Shown in pieces: positions 28,259 through 36,866 of a stretch of DNA of 53,965 bases. The stretch's first letter is position 1. Each line of letters begins with the position of its first letter. Both the position numbers and the translations under genes were made by a program. The stretch lies in IMG/VR virus record IMGVR_UViG_3300031689_000007, positions 1 to 53,965 of that record; one strand, written 5' to 3'. The notes beneath the pieces were generated by a model, which had not been told where the DNA came from, ran no database searches, and worked only from the letters and a program-made list of their open reading frames with translations. This DNA comes from a virus (lineage: Duplodnaviria > Caudoviricetes).

Positions 28259-28575
28259 TATGAATCACCCTTTTTCTTAATATTAGTAAAGCCAAAGAAC
28301 GCACCTACTATTGCACTAACAGATATGAAATACACACCGGCAATAGATTTTAATCCCTCAGTAGCTTCAGTTAATCCAGCTATGGCTGTAATGATAATTG
28401 CAAAGGGGTATATAAGCATACCAACCAGAGCAAACCACACCATCTTTCGTTGCTGATCGCGCTTCGAGTCTTCATCTTCAATTTGTCTGCGTTTGTCATC
28501 AAGTAACAATGCGTCCCACTCACTCTTCTCGATTGAGCCGCTTTTGTCTTTATCTATATCTTCAAACTTTGTCAT
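28258..28575 (-). CDS. Two-TM membrane protein with N-terminal EF-hand-like loop
   Basis: DKDKSGSIEKSE followed by two hydrophobic helices. Confidence 0.7.
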   Translation of the reverse strand: MTKFEDIDKDKSGSIEKSEWDALLLDDKRRQIEDEDSKRDQQRKMVWFALVGMLIYPFAIIITAIAGLTEATEGLKSIAGVYFISVSAIVGAFFGFTNIKKKGDS

Positions 28576-28584
28576 GTTATTCCC

Positions 28585-29085
28585 CTAATCTGCCAAAGGG
28601 TTATCTAAAGCCCTCTGCAATTTACTCATTAATCTGTCTTCTAACTCTTTCATATCGGAGTTTTGTGAAGTTCTAACACGTTCTCTCTGATTTTCAAAGC
28701 GAACTTCTGCTGCATCTATCATAGCTCGTATCTTGTCTTCGCTTTCACGAACCATATCTTCAATACGATCTGTCTGTTGTTCAATTCGAAGTATGTCGTC
28801 TTTTAAACCATTTTTAATGTCTCGTGTGTATTCAACACTTTCTTCTACTTTGTCAGATATGCCACTTATCTTAGCGTCAGAAACATCCATTTGCTGTTGA
28901 TACTCACCAAGGTCTAACCCTGCAACCGCCTCAATCTTTTGGTATAGGACGAAGCCACCATACAGCCCACCAACCACGCTTGATATAAATGCAAGTATAG
29001 CCATGATTGATCCAAACGACATCTTAACACCGGCAGCTTTAAACTCACGATCTTCAAGTTCACCAACTGTTGTTAAATCCACCAT
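28585..29085 (-). CDS. Membrane-anchored coiled-coil protein
   Basis: One TM near the N-terminus, heptad-rich remainder, ends LDNPLAD. Confidence 0.7.
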   Translation of the reverse strand: MVDLTTVGELEDREFKAAGVKMSFGSIMAILAFISSVVGGLYGGFVLYQKIEAVAGLDLGEYQQQMDVSDAKISGISDKVEESVEYTRDIKNGLKDDILRIEQQTDRIEDMVRESEDKIRAMIDAAEVRFENQRERVRTSQNSDMKELEDRLMSKLQRALDNPLAD

Positions 29086-29483
29086 TAGTTTTCAAAGTCC
29101 ATTTCACCGTCCGCTTGTTGTAGGTTTTTTAGCGCTTCAAGTTCGTCTCGTAGCTTCTGTACTTCTAACCTACGCTTAGTTAATTCTATTTGGTAAAGAT
29201 CATCACAGTTTATACGTGAACGTGGTTTGTCCAACGGAATAACTATACGAGCATACACACCTATGTCTTTACCACGACTGCTTGTATCCAACCCAGAAAG
29301 TACCCCTGTCACACCATACTCAAGGTTTACGCCTCCGCCCACTGCGTTACTGCACCGTAGATTGCCCGACGAGAACGAGTCAGATTGATAGTTCATCGGT
29401 GGGTTTGGCAGGGATAAGGATAGCGAACTACTATCCGCAGTAGCAGAACTAGCCACAACACAAAGAGCGAGAGCTAGTCTCAT
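29085..29483 (-). CDS. Exported protein (signal peptide, beta-rich, coiled-coil tail)
   Basis: MRLALALCVVASSATA signal; ATGA overlap with the upstream gene. Confidence 0.7.
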   Translation of the reverse strand: MRLALALCVVASSATADSSSLSLSLPNPPMNYQSDSFSSGNLRCSNAVGGGVNLEYGVTGVLSGLDTSSRGKDIGVYARIVIPLDKPRSRINCDDLYQIELTKRRLEVQKLRDELEALKNLQQADGEMDFEN

Positions 29484-29866
29484 GCAGGCTTTCCATCTAA
29501 CCGTGAACATATCCTAGAAGAAATAAGTGTGCTTGATACTAACGACTTCTTAACTTTCGAAGTAGTGCAGAGATACACCGCTTCGGGTAAATCGTATTTA
29601 CGGATGTATACATCAAACGCTTTATGTTCTTTGTAACCTACCTTTATAATCCTGTACGTTGTAGAGAAGGGAATGTTTGTCCAGTTTAAATCAAACAACT
29701 CAATTTGATAATACTTGATTTCTTCCCTAGAGTTAAATAGAGACATCTCCACTTTAACCACATCCTTGACGTGTGAAAGCTTTATCACAGGGTACGCAGG
29801 TGTCATCTCATGCCCCGATAGAGCTGTTGCCCAAAGCAGAAACGCTATGATGATGCTACTTCGCAA
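29480..29866 (-). CDS. Exported protein, possibly pilus-chaperone/Ig-like
   Basis: TTG start 29866 gives signal MRSSIIIAFLLWATALSG then HEMTP; LFN motif; C-terminal Cys pair. Confidence 0.6.
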   Translation of the reverse strand: MRSSIIIAFLLWATALSGHEMTPAYPVIKLSHVKDVVKVEMSLFNSREEIKYYQIELFDLNWTNIPFSTTYRIIKVGYKEHKAFDVYIRKYDLPEAVYLCTTSKVKKSLVSSTLISSRICSRLDGKPA

Positions 29867-30344
29867 TGCAACTAGCCAACACAACAGCCGTGTATGTGCC
29901 TCCCGGCAATGGTTTTGCCGAACCGTATATGGCACTTGAAGCAGTGCTGAACCACGTTGACCCGGCAAGTGTCAGGTTGAATATAGTGCTATTACCTACC
30001 ACTGTCTTAGCGGCATTGTAGGCTGACATACCCGCAACAGATGTCTGTGTAACTGCTGTACTACCAGTCCAAGCAACTGTATCAGAAAGTGTAGGAGAAG
30101 AACTGAAGGCTGTGGGGTGTGTTATATTAGCTGTGTAAGCATCAGCAATAGAAACATCGTACCGAACGATAGGCAGTACACCACCATCCGCAGGTGTTGT
30201 ACTTAACTTACTTGCTATTGGGTTGCCGTAAACACCGGATTTATTTGTTTGGATAACACATTTAGCTTCTACACTGCCTGTGATTTCTACATTTGCTAGC
30301 GCAGGAAAAGCACAAAGCGAAAGTACCACAATAAAATATTTCAT
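29856..30344 (-). CDS. Exported pilin/fimbrial-subunit-like protein
   Basis: Signal ending ALA; ITGSVEAKCVI at the N-terminus; PGGTYTAVV near the C-terminus; GAGG SD before ATG 30344. Confidence 0.6.
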   Translation of the reverse strand: MKYFIVVLSLCAFPALANVEITGSVEAKCVIQTNKSGVYGNPIASKLSTTPADGGVLPIVRYDVSIADAYTANITHPTAFSSSPTLSDTVAWTGSTAVTQTSVAGMSAYNAAKTVVGNSTIFNLTLAGSTWFSTASSAIYGSAKPLPGGTYTAVVLASCIAK

Positions 30345-30352
30345 ATTAAACC

Positions 30353-31225
30353 TCATTTGTTGTATTGCATATTAACCATTTTCTCATGCAAAATTTGTTG
30401 CGCCAAATTATTACGCAAGGCTTTCTTATTATCAGGCAATTTAGAATCAACCAATCCAGCAACATCTTCATATGCGCCGCCGTTAATAGACGCATTATAA
30501 TACATATTAATGTTTGTTTGTCGATTGATAGCCATAATAATATCAGATTGTCCCTGCGCTTTAAATAAAGTCAAAGCGTTGGCAGACGCAATTAACCCCA
30601 TCTCTAACCTAGTTTCTTTTTCTTCCACTTCTTCTTCAAGTATAAGATCACCATTTTCATCATACTTAAATTCTGTGTCTTCGTCTATAGCACCCAAAAC
30701 TGCTTCGTCTTCTAGCGCATCATAGATTTCTACTACGGGGATAACAGGAATAGGTTTGACATACCCCGGACATGCAGGGTTAGACTGTTCATCGTAACAC
30801 TCGTCTACTCGGTAACTATATATAACAAAAGCGTCTGACACACTGCCTTTACCTTCAACAGCAATTGAACCGTTGCCCCACTTAGAAGCGGCTACGTTAG
30901 CTAGAGGGAAAGACTTAACGATTGTGTTTCCGGGAACCCCTGACCAATCATCCGTTTCACTGAACGTGTATCCGTCACCTTTTGCATTTAGATTACGGAT
31001 GTGAACTTTCATGTCATCTTCTGGGTTTTTAACCGCGGTGTATCTGTATAGAAGGCCGTTTATATCTAAGCCCGGAATAGACGGCAGAACAGACCCCATA
31101 CTCCAGCTCAGTGCTGTGGACGCCGCGTTCCCTGATACCCCATAACTGTAGGGATCACATTGCGAGTAAGAAGGCCAAAGTGCCAAGAATAACACTAAGC
31201 CCCGTTTTAGTTTCAATGTTTTCAT
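30353..31225 (-). CDS. Exported protein (beta-rich N-terminus, CYDEQSNPACPGY, acidic stalk)
   Basis: Signal-like N-terminus; 290 aa. Confidence 0.65.
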   Translation of the reverse strand: MKTLKLKRGLVLFLALWPSYSQCDPYSYGVSGNAASTALSWSMGSVLPSIPGLDINGLLYRYTAVKNPEDDMKVHIRNLNAKGDGYTFSETDDWSGVPGNTIVKSFPLANVAASKWGNGSIAVEGKGSVSDAFVIYSYRVDECYDEQSNPACPGYVKPIPVIPVVEIYDALEDEAVLGAIDEDTEFKYDENGDLILEEEVEEKETRLEMGLIASANALTLFKAQGQSDIIMAINRQTNINMYYNASINGGAYEDVAGLVDSKLPDNKKALRNNLAQQILHEKMVNMQYNK

Positions 31226-31703
31226 TGAACAGCTTCCTCATCGGGTTGTTTTGTTCGTATTCAATTTCGTCGATTTCGGCTTGCATTTCCCAAGCTATCC
31301 TAGCCTTATCTCCCACCAATCCATCCTTGGGGCAGGGAGTTCCAGCATTCATCATCGCGTCAAACACACGTTCGTCCTGACACATTACGGACACGGCTGC
31401 CACTTTCATGCCCATGTCGTACATAGTCTTAGCGTTCTTTAGTTTTTCACAATTCATATCACGTACAGTACGACCTGCCGATATGCCTAGTATCTGTGTC
31501 TGAACTGCACCAGCCACACCGACAGTACACAGGTCAGAATTACTTGCGCTAATCTGAGGTGATATGGCTGATGGTGGTGGACTATTAATAGTTGTATCCA
31601 TTTTACCATCAGATATTACTGTAGTCTCAGTCTTGATTGTCTCATCGGCAAACGCAAAACTACCACTCAATAGGAGTAATGCTATTACAAATAAACGTGT
31701 CAT
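31155..31703 (-). CDS. Exported Cys-containing protein with C-terminal membrane anchor
   Basis: Signal ending AFA; SAISP, DLC, NCE, MCQD, TPCP; hydrophobic C-terminus. Confidence 0.75.
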   Translation of the reverse strand: MTRLFVIALLLLSGSFAFADETIKTETTVISDGKMDTTINSPPPSAISPQISASNSDLCTVGVAGAVQTQILGISAGRTVRDMNCEKLKNAKTMYDMGMKVAAVSVMCQDERVFDAMMNAGTPCPKDGLVGDKARIAWEMQAEIDEIEYEQNNPMRKLFNENIETKTGLSVILGTLAFLLAM

Positions 31704-31708
31704 TTCTA

Positions 31709-31792
31709 TCAAAACACACTACCCCCAGCAGGTTCTGGTGCAGTGATCGGCACAGATACATCTTTACGTTCAGGTATTGCTTTATCAGTCAT
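31709..31792 (-). CDS. 27-aa peptide MTDKAIPERKDVSVPITAPEPAGGSVF (absent from ORF track)
   Basis: ATGA-coupled to the upstream stop; fills the gap. Confidence 0.4.
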   Translation of the reverse strand: MTDKAIPERKDVSVPITAPEPAGGSVF

Positions 31793-32040
31793 ACTACTAT
31801 CCTTAGTTCACCAGCTGCGGTCTTATATACATCGTTTACGGCCAAACCACCAGACGCGGCGGCTGTGTTATTAGCATAGACGGAAAGCCCTGTTAAGTTG
31901 AGTGTACTAACTCTGCTCGGACCGGGATTCTGCTGCTGTTGAGCGTACAAGGCAAACGCCCGTGTAACCTGTGCTATATACTCTTGGCTATACTCAGTAG
32001 GCGCAGCGGCGAAAAATGGAATAGAAGTAGTTTGGGACAT
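31789..32040 (-). CDS. Small tail-associated hypothetical protein
   Basis: APTEYSQ...; coupled to the nozzle gene. Confidence 0.7.
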   Translation of the reverse strand: MSQTTSIPFFAAAPTEYSQEYIAQVTRAFALYAQQQQNPGPSRVSTLNLTGLSVYANNTAAASGGLAVNDVYKTAAGELRIVV

Positions 32041-33902
32041 TACCGCCTCCCGTCCGTACGCATATCAGCGCGAGGAGTGCCAAGTCGCCATTCCGTCCCT
32101 AACCTAGCAGACGAAACTTTCAGTGCTATAGACCTCCCTCGCAACCTAAAAAATAGTTGCTCAGTAAACTTTTCTACGGGGGCTGTGGAAGATCGCACTG
32201 TCACACCTGAATTAGTTTGGTCAAATGCAGTGCCGGGGTACTCCCTTGCACTTATTGTAAAAGTAGCTTGCGGTGTGGATGTAGAGTTTCGGAATGTAAG
32301 GTCGGGGATAACTCTAGACACAAACATAAACTGATCTCCGTCACCAATGTCGATGGCGCTAGATTCAATGAAGCTACTTATAGGGCTAGGTGGGTTGGTG
32401 CTACCATCGTCGATACCGTTTTCATGGAAGTATAGATACCCGTCAGTAGAAGCCGCTATAGGTAAGTTTGAAAGTGCGTTGTCATGCCATGCAGTGCGGT
32501 TAAGAGTTCCGTAATACCAACTTCCTTCGGCGTAGTTATAAACCACATAGCTGTCGTTTGTTTGGCTACCAGCCGACGGGTAGAACCACCATACTTCGTT
32601 GAACTTACTGTTTAAACCTGCAGTTACTTTAGATCGTTGTGCGTTGTTTGTGTTGTTGAAGATATATTCTTCTACGGGGCATGGGATAATCTGCACGTTA
32701 CCGTCATACTTGTAGAATACTTCATCTCCCATCCAATATACAGCGTCCCCAAAAGCAACGGCGGCGTTTTGAGATGCGATAGAAGTGTTTGTAGACACTT
32801 CAGTTAAACCGAAAGTAAACGGAGCCCCAATAAACTGCATTGATGACACGGACCGATCCGTAAAGACTATTACTTGCTGCTTGGTTTGCACCGCAGCGAT
32901 AATTTCAGAGCCAGTACCAATACGTAGTTCGCCAGCCGTGTTGGTCGCTGTCGCCGCCCAATCAGTAATACTTTCTTGGCTCGAGAAACGTATAGTTAGC
33001 GGGTCGAGGTTGCCGGCGTCGCCTTGTGGATCACAGCCAAATGCAATAATGTGACGATCCCGCTCAGAAACAAGAACGATATTAGCAGCTTGCGGTTGAT
33101 TGCTGCCACTTAAAGTAGTGATGTCGACGGCACGGGCATTGGTCCCCGCAGAGGTATTCCAGTAGTAGATACCGCCCCCCCGTGCATTTGCCAGTAAGTC
33201 CTCACCAAAGTTGTCCATAGACCATAAACGAAGCTGTCCGCTGGGTATTGACACGTTAGCTGCGGAACCCCAAGTTCCACGACTCCAAGCACCTGCGCTC
33301 CACCCACTACCACTAGAAGAAGAGTCCAAACCAGTGTTAATCTGGTACTTGCCCACTACGGAACTACCACCGTTACCGCCGTTGCCCGTACCTGCCTGTA
33401 CGGCACTTTCAACTGTGTACGAGTTAGCATTTATAACAGAAGTTACCTGATACTCTTTATTTAGCACAGCGGCAGTAATATTACCCCCAAGACCAGCAGC
33501 CCCTGAAAACGTAACGAAGTCATTAAGAACTACACCGTTGTTTGTATCCGCCACAGTAATCGTCCTAGAAGTATTTGTAGCCGCAAAGGTAATAGCCCCC
33601 GCAGACGTAGTAGCACGGAGCGGCGTAATATCCACCGGGGCGTTACCATCTAGGATGTATAGCTTTAAATTAGTACCAGCACTGATAAAGTTTGTGCCGT
33701 TAAGAGCAGTCCAACTATGTATGTCTCTACAGGTACCGAGAAAAACATTATCCGTATAACGAGTCCAACCGCCAATAGTTTCGGGATACCCGATACGGAA
33801 ACGTATTTTATCGCCATCACGCCAACCACCTTCGTTAGTGTAATCGGTCGCGTCCCTTACAATTCCGGGGCGAAACTGGAGTTTTTGTAGCGCCATACTC
33901 AA
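32040..33902 (-). CDS. Tail nozzle/stabilisation protein (P22 gp10/T7 gp12-like)
   Basis: FRPGIVR, WSMDNFGEDL, FNEVWWFYPS; beta-propeller-like; ends DGRR. Confidence 0.75.
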   Translation of the reverse strand: MSMALQKLQFRPGIVRDATDYTNEGGWRDGDKIRFRIGYPETIGGWTRYTDNVFLGTCRDIHSWTALNGTNFISAGTNLKLYILDGNAPVDITPLRATTSAGAITFAATNTSRTITVADTNNGVVLNDFVTFSGAAGLGGNITAAVLNKEYQVTSVINANSYTVESAVQAGTGNGGNGGSSVVGKYQINTGLDSSSSGSGWSAGAWSRGTWGSAANVSIPSGQLRLWSMDNFGEDLLANARGGGIYYWNTSAGTNARAVDITTLSGSNQPQAANIVLVSERDRHIIAFGCDPQGDAGNLDPLTIRFSSQESITDWAATATNTAGELRIGTGSEIIAAVQTKQQVIVFTDRSVSSMQFIGAPFTFGLTEVSTNTSIASQNAAVAFGDAVYWMGDEVFYKYDGNVQIIPCPVEEYIFNNTNNAQRSKVTAGLNSKFNEVWWFYPSAGSQTNDSYVVYNYAEGSWYYGTLNRTAWHDNALSNLPIAASTDGYLYFHENGIDDGSTNPPSPISSFIESSAIDIGDGDQFMFVSRVIPDLTFRNSTSTPQATFTISAREYPGTAFDQTNSGVTVRSSTAPVEKFTEQLFFRLRGRSIALKVSSARLGTEWRLGTPRADMRTDGRR

Positions 33903-33905
33903 TCC

Positions 33906-35180
33906 TTACCTAATAAATGTTATGCTCGTATAGTATACGCTACCGACTTTTTGCCCTCCAGCATGGTGAACAACCACCCTACAGCCGGTATTAGCTATAT
34001 TATAGAACTTTACTTGACCATCGTTACTGCTACCGCTGTTATCGTTAGTAGACGCGTAGTTCCCTAGAACTACGTAATTAGCGTCCGCTAGGTTATTTGT
34101 AAACGCGACTTGATATTCCCCGGTGCCTACGTAGTTTATACTAGCTATATTGTCACTAGCTTGTATTGTGGCGTTTGCACTGTTGTTTGTATACGAGAAC
34201 CTTGCCCATGCCTTGATAGGACTAGCTTCTGTTAAGGCCACAATAGCCGCTTTAACCTTAGCCGGAGACACAATGCTATCCGTTGTACCAGTGCCAGCCT
34301 GCCAAACCGAGGTGGCCTGTGTAGTGTTAGACGCCTTGGCGTTTACCTGCGTTTGGACGCTAGAAGTTACGCCATCTATGTAATTTATCTCAGCAGTAGT
34401 AGCTGTCACACCATCCATGATGTTTAGCTCTGCCGTAGTAGCTGTCACGCCGTCCATGATGTTTAGCTCTGCCGTAGTAGCTGTCACGCCGTCAAGGACA
34501 TCAAACTCAGAAGTCGTAACGCCCGTTCCCCGCAAGTCTTTCGCATAGTTTAGGTCGGCAACGACACCTGTAAACCCGTCTAACTTATTGATCTCGGCCG
34601 TGGACGATGTCACGCCGTCCATTATGTTTAACTCTGCAGTGGTGGCTGTCACGCCGTCCACTATGTTTAACTCTGCAGTGGTGGCTGTCACGCCGTCCAT
34701 TATGTTTAACTCTGCAACCGTTGCAGTGACTGTCGTGCCCCCTACTACTAGCGATCCGAGGTCCAAGGAGCCTGTAATATCTACAACAGCCGCGGCAGAG
34801 CCTGCGCCATCGCAATATATAATCTTAGTTGTGCCAGTTTTGACGCTTACATTAGCACCAGAGCCTTGGGTAAACGTGGCTGCCTGCCCACTACCGTTCT
34901 TGACGATGTATATATGTTGTCCATTATTTGGAGCCACAGTTACCGTATTAGTCCCTGAAGGAGAGCCTCCAAGAACCAAAACTTTATAGTGTCCGTCAGA
35001 AGGTGTGCCATCAGAAGTGGTAAGCGTATGTGTCGTTCCAGACAGCGTAATTGCACCTACACCGTTAGTGAGCCGATCTATTATGTTCATGTTATCGTTG
35101 ATGGTGTTGCCCCATGTAGAAGACTGTTCACCATTGGCTGGAAGCTCGATGCCACCATTATCTGTATATGTACTAGGCAT
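33906..35180 (-). CDS. Tail fibre-like protein with 13-aa repeats
   Basis: GEQSSTWG N-terminus; ATTAELNIMDGVT repeats; KAWARF C-terminal domain. Confidence 0.75.
   Translation of the reverse strand: MPSTYTDNGGIELPANGEQSSTWGNTINDNMNIIDRLTNGVGAITLSGTTHTLTTSDGTPSDGHYKVLVLGGSPSGTNTVTVAPNNGQHIYIVKNGSGQAATFTQGSGANVSVKTGTTKIIYCDGAGSAAAVVDITGSLDLGSLVVGGTTVTATVAELNIMDGVTATTAELNIVDGVTATTAELNIMDGVTSSTAEINKLDGFTGVVADLNYAKDLRGTGVTTSEFDVLDGVTATTAELNIMDGVTATTAELNIMDGVTATTAEINYIDGVTSSVQTQVNAKASNTTQATSVWQAGTGTTDSIVSPAKVKAAIVALTEASPIKAWARFSYTNNSANATIQASDNIASINYVGTGEYQVAFTNNLADANYVVLGNYASTNDNSGSSNDGQVKFYNIANTGCRVVVHHAGGQKVGSVYYTSITFIR
34370..34720. repeat. 39-nt tandem coding repeats in two blocks
   Basis: Repeated 'gtcacgccgtccatNatgtttaNctctgc' units. 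Confidence 0.85.
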
Positions 35181-35189
35181 TGTCTATCC

Positions 35190-35825
35190 TTATGCTGCTA
35201 TTCTTGTCCATGTTGTACCGGGGTCGGGTTTAATCCTACTCCATACAAGTACTTGTCCAACAAACCCAATGGCTGAAACTCCAGTCGGAATTACCAACCC
35301 ATTGCCTGTCATTGTGATAGAGCCTACACCACCTACGGCTGAAACTCCAGTTACAACTACAACCGTGTTCTGAGCAAACGTGGCTTGTCCTACGGCTGTA
35401 GTTCCAGCTACGCCTGTGACAGATATCGCAGCGGTTCCGGAAATAGACACACTTGATGTGTTTGCAGTACCCGCAACTCCTGTAGGACTAATAATCGAGA
35501 CGATTGCAACCGTAGTACTACCAGCCGAACCAGTGGCGGCAACTCCTGTAGCTGCAATGTTTAAGTCTGTAGAGCTTATTACCGAGCCAACACTACCAAC
35601 CGCACCCGTTTGCATGCTAACCGTAGCGCCTGCGCCTGCAGCTGCTATGACACCGCTACTTGATGCGGAGCCTTGTACCGAGCCAAGAGTTAGCCCAATC
35701 TGATCGCCCGTAGTCCCCACGTTGCCAATAGCCATAGTACCAGCTACGCCTGTAGCAACAAATAACAGTTCGCCGCCGCCAGTATCTGAAAAAGCTGCTG
35801 CTGAATATGCGGAAAAGCCTAACAT
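35190..35825 (-). CDS. Gly/Thr/Val-rich tail structural protein
   Basis: MLGFSAYS start; repeated TGV.G motifs; ends WTRIAA. Confidence 0.7.
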   Translation of the reverse strand: MLGFSAYSAAAFSDTGGGELLFVATGVAGTMAIGNVGTTGDQIGLTLGSVQGSASSSGVIAAAGAGATVSMQTGAVGSVGSVISSTDLNIAATGVAATGSAGSTTVAIVSIISPTGVAGTANTSSVSISGTAAISVTGVAGTTAVGQATFAQNTVVVVTGVSAVGGVGSITMTGNGLVIPTGVSAIGFVGQVLVWSRIKPDPGTTWTRIAA

Positions 35826-35881
35826 TTATGCGCTGCCATTATTTTTATCCCTGATAATGTATCTTCGTCCCAAGTATACAT
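35819..35881 (-). pseudogene. Probable gene remnant MYTWDEDTLSGIKIMAAHKC
   Basis: GAGG SD and ATG, but only 20 codons. Confidence 0.35.
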
Positions 35882-35891
35882 ATTTTTTCCT

Positions 35892-36863
35892 CTATGACGA
35901 TACTTCGTAACGGACAATAACAACTCCAGAGCCACCGTTGCCGCCATATCTAGTACCACCTTGACCAGTAGAGCCACCGCCACCCCCACCTGTATTTGCT
36001 GCCCCACTAGGCGCTGGGCTACTTCCACTAGGTGCACCATTGCCACCCCCGCCAGTACCGCCAGTACCACCAGCTTGTCTCCAACTACCGCCTCCACCTC
36101 CGCCAGCATAAGTTGAGCCGTTTAACCATGTTAATCCATTGCCGCCATTACTTCCTACAGCAGATGTTCCTGAGCTGGTGGTGTTAGCGCCAACCGCTCC
36201 TGCACCGCCACCGCCACAGCCAGCACCGTAACCAGTCTGGTACTTAGACCCGCCAGCGTAACCTTGCCCAGTCGCCGCTGCACCTCCAAAATACTGGCTA
36301 CTACTACCAGAACCACCCCCGCCAGAACCGCCAGCAGTGCCATTAGCTCCTTCGTTCCCACCACGACCGCCACCTGTTGATGTAAGGCCAAAGCCAGAGC
36401 TATTAACCCCACTCCCGCCAGAATTTTGGCTACTACTACCGCCAGCGCCAATAATAACTTGGTAGTTCTGAGCGACTGCTCCAGCATCGCCTGTTCTGTA
36501 TCCACCAGCACCGCCGCCACCGCCAGCATGGTTATTGCCACCAGCGGCACCGCCAGCAACAACTAAGTATTCTAATGAGTTGGAGTCAGTTGAGCTGCCA
36601 ATAGTATTGACAGTGAAAGTACCTGATGAAGTAAATACATGGTATTTATACCCACTAGATGTAGAGGTTGATCCCCCAGACGCTGCAATAAATGATTCAC
36701 TAGATTTGCCGTATCCATCAGACATATCAATAGCACCAGAAGAAGTGCCAAATAAACCACGTACAGCCGAACTGCCCATGCTAATAGCAGCTGTGGCTGT
36801 TAAATCAAGTTCTACGTTAACTTGCCGTAGGGATATTGGATTGCCTGCGGATGGTAATGTCAT
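35892..36863 (-). CDS. Glycine-rich virion protein
   Basis: YKYHVFTSSGTF, EYLVVAGG, ANTGGGGGG, GGSGVVIVRY. Confidence 0.8.
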   Translation of the reverse strand: MTLPSAGNPISLRQVNVELDLTATAAISMGSSAVRGLFGTSSGAIDMSDGYGKSSESFIAASGGSTSTSSGYKYHVFTSSGTFTVNTIGSSTDSNSLEYLVVAGGAAGGNNHAGGGGGAGGYRTGDAGAVAQNYQVIIGAGGSSSQNSGGSGVNSSGFGLTSTGGGRGGNEGANGTAGGSGGGGSGSSSQYFGGAAATGQGYAGGSKYQTGYGAGCGGGGAGAVGANTTSSGTSAVGSNGGNGLTWLNGSTYAGGGGGGSWRQAGGTGGTGGGGNGAPSGSSPAPSGAANTGGGGGGSTGQGGTRYGGNGGSGVVIVRYEVSS

Positions 36864-36866
36864 GCT

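Noticed and set aside
34370-34720. Regularly spaced 39-nt repeats as a CRISPR array
   Set aside because: Tandem, with no unique spacers, and in frame within a tail protein.
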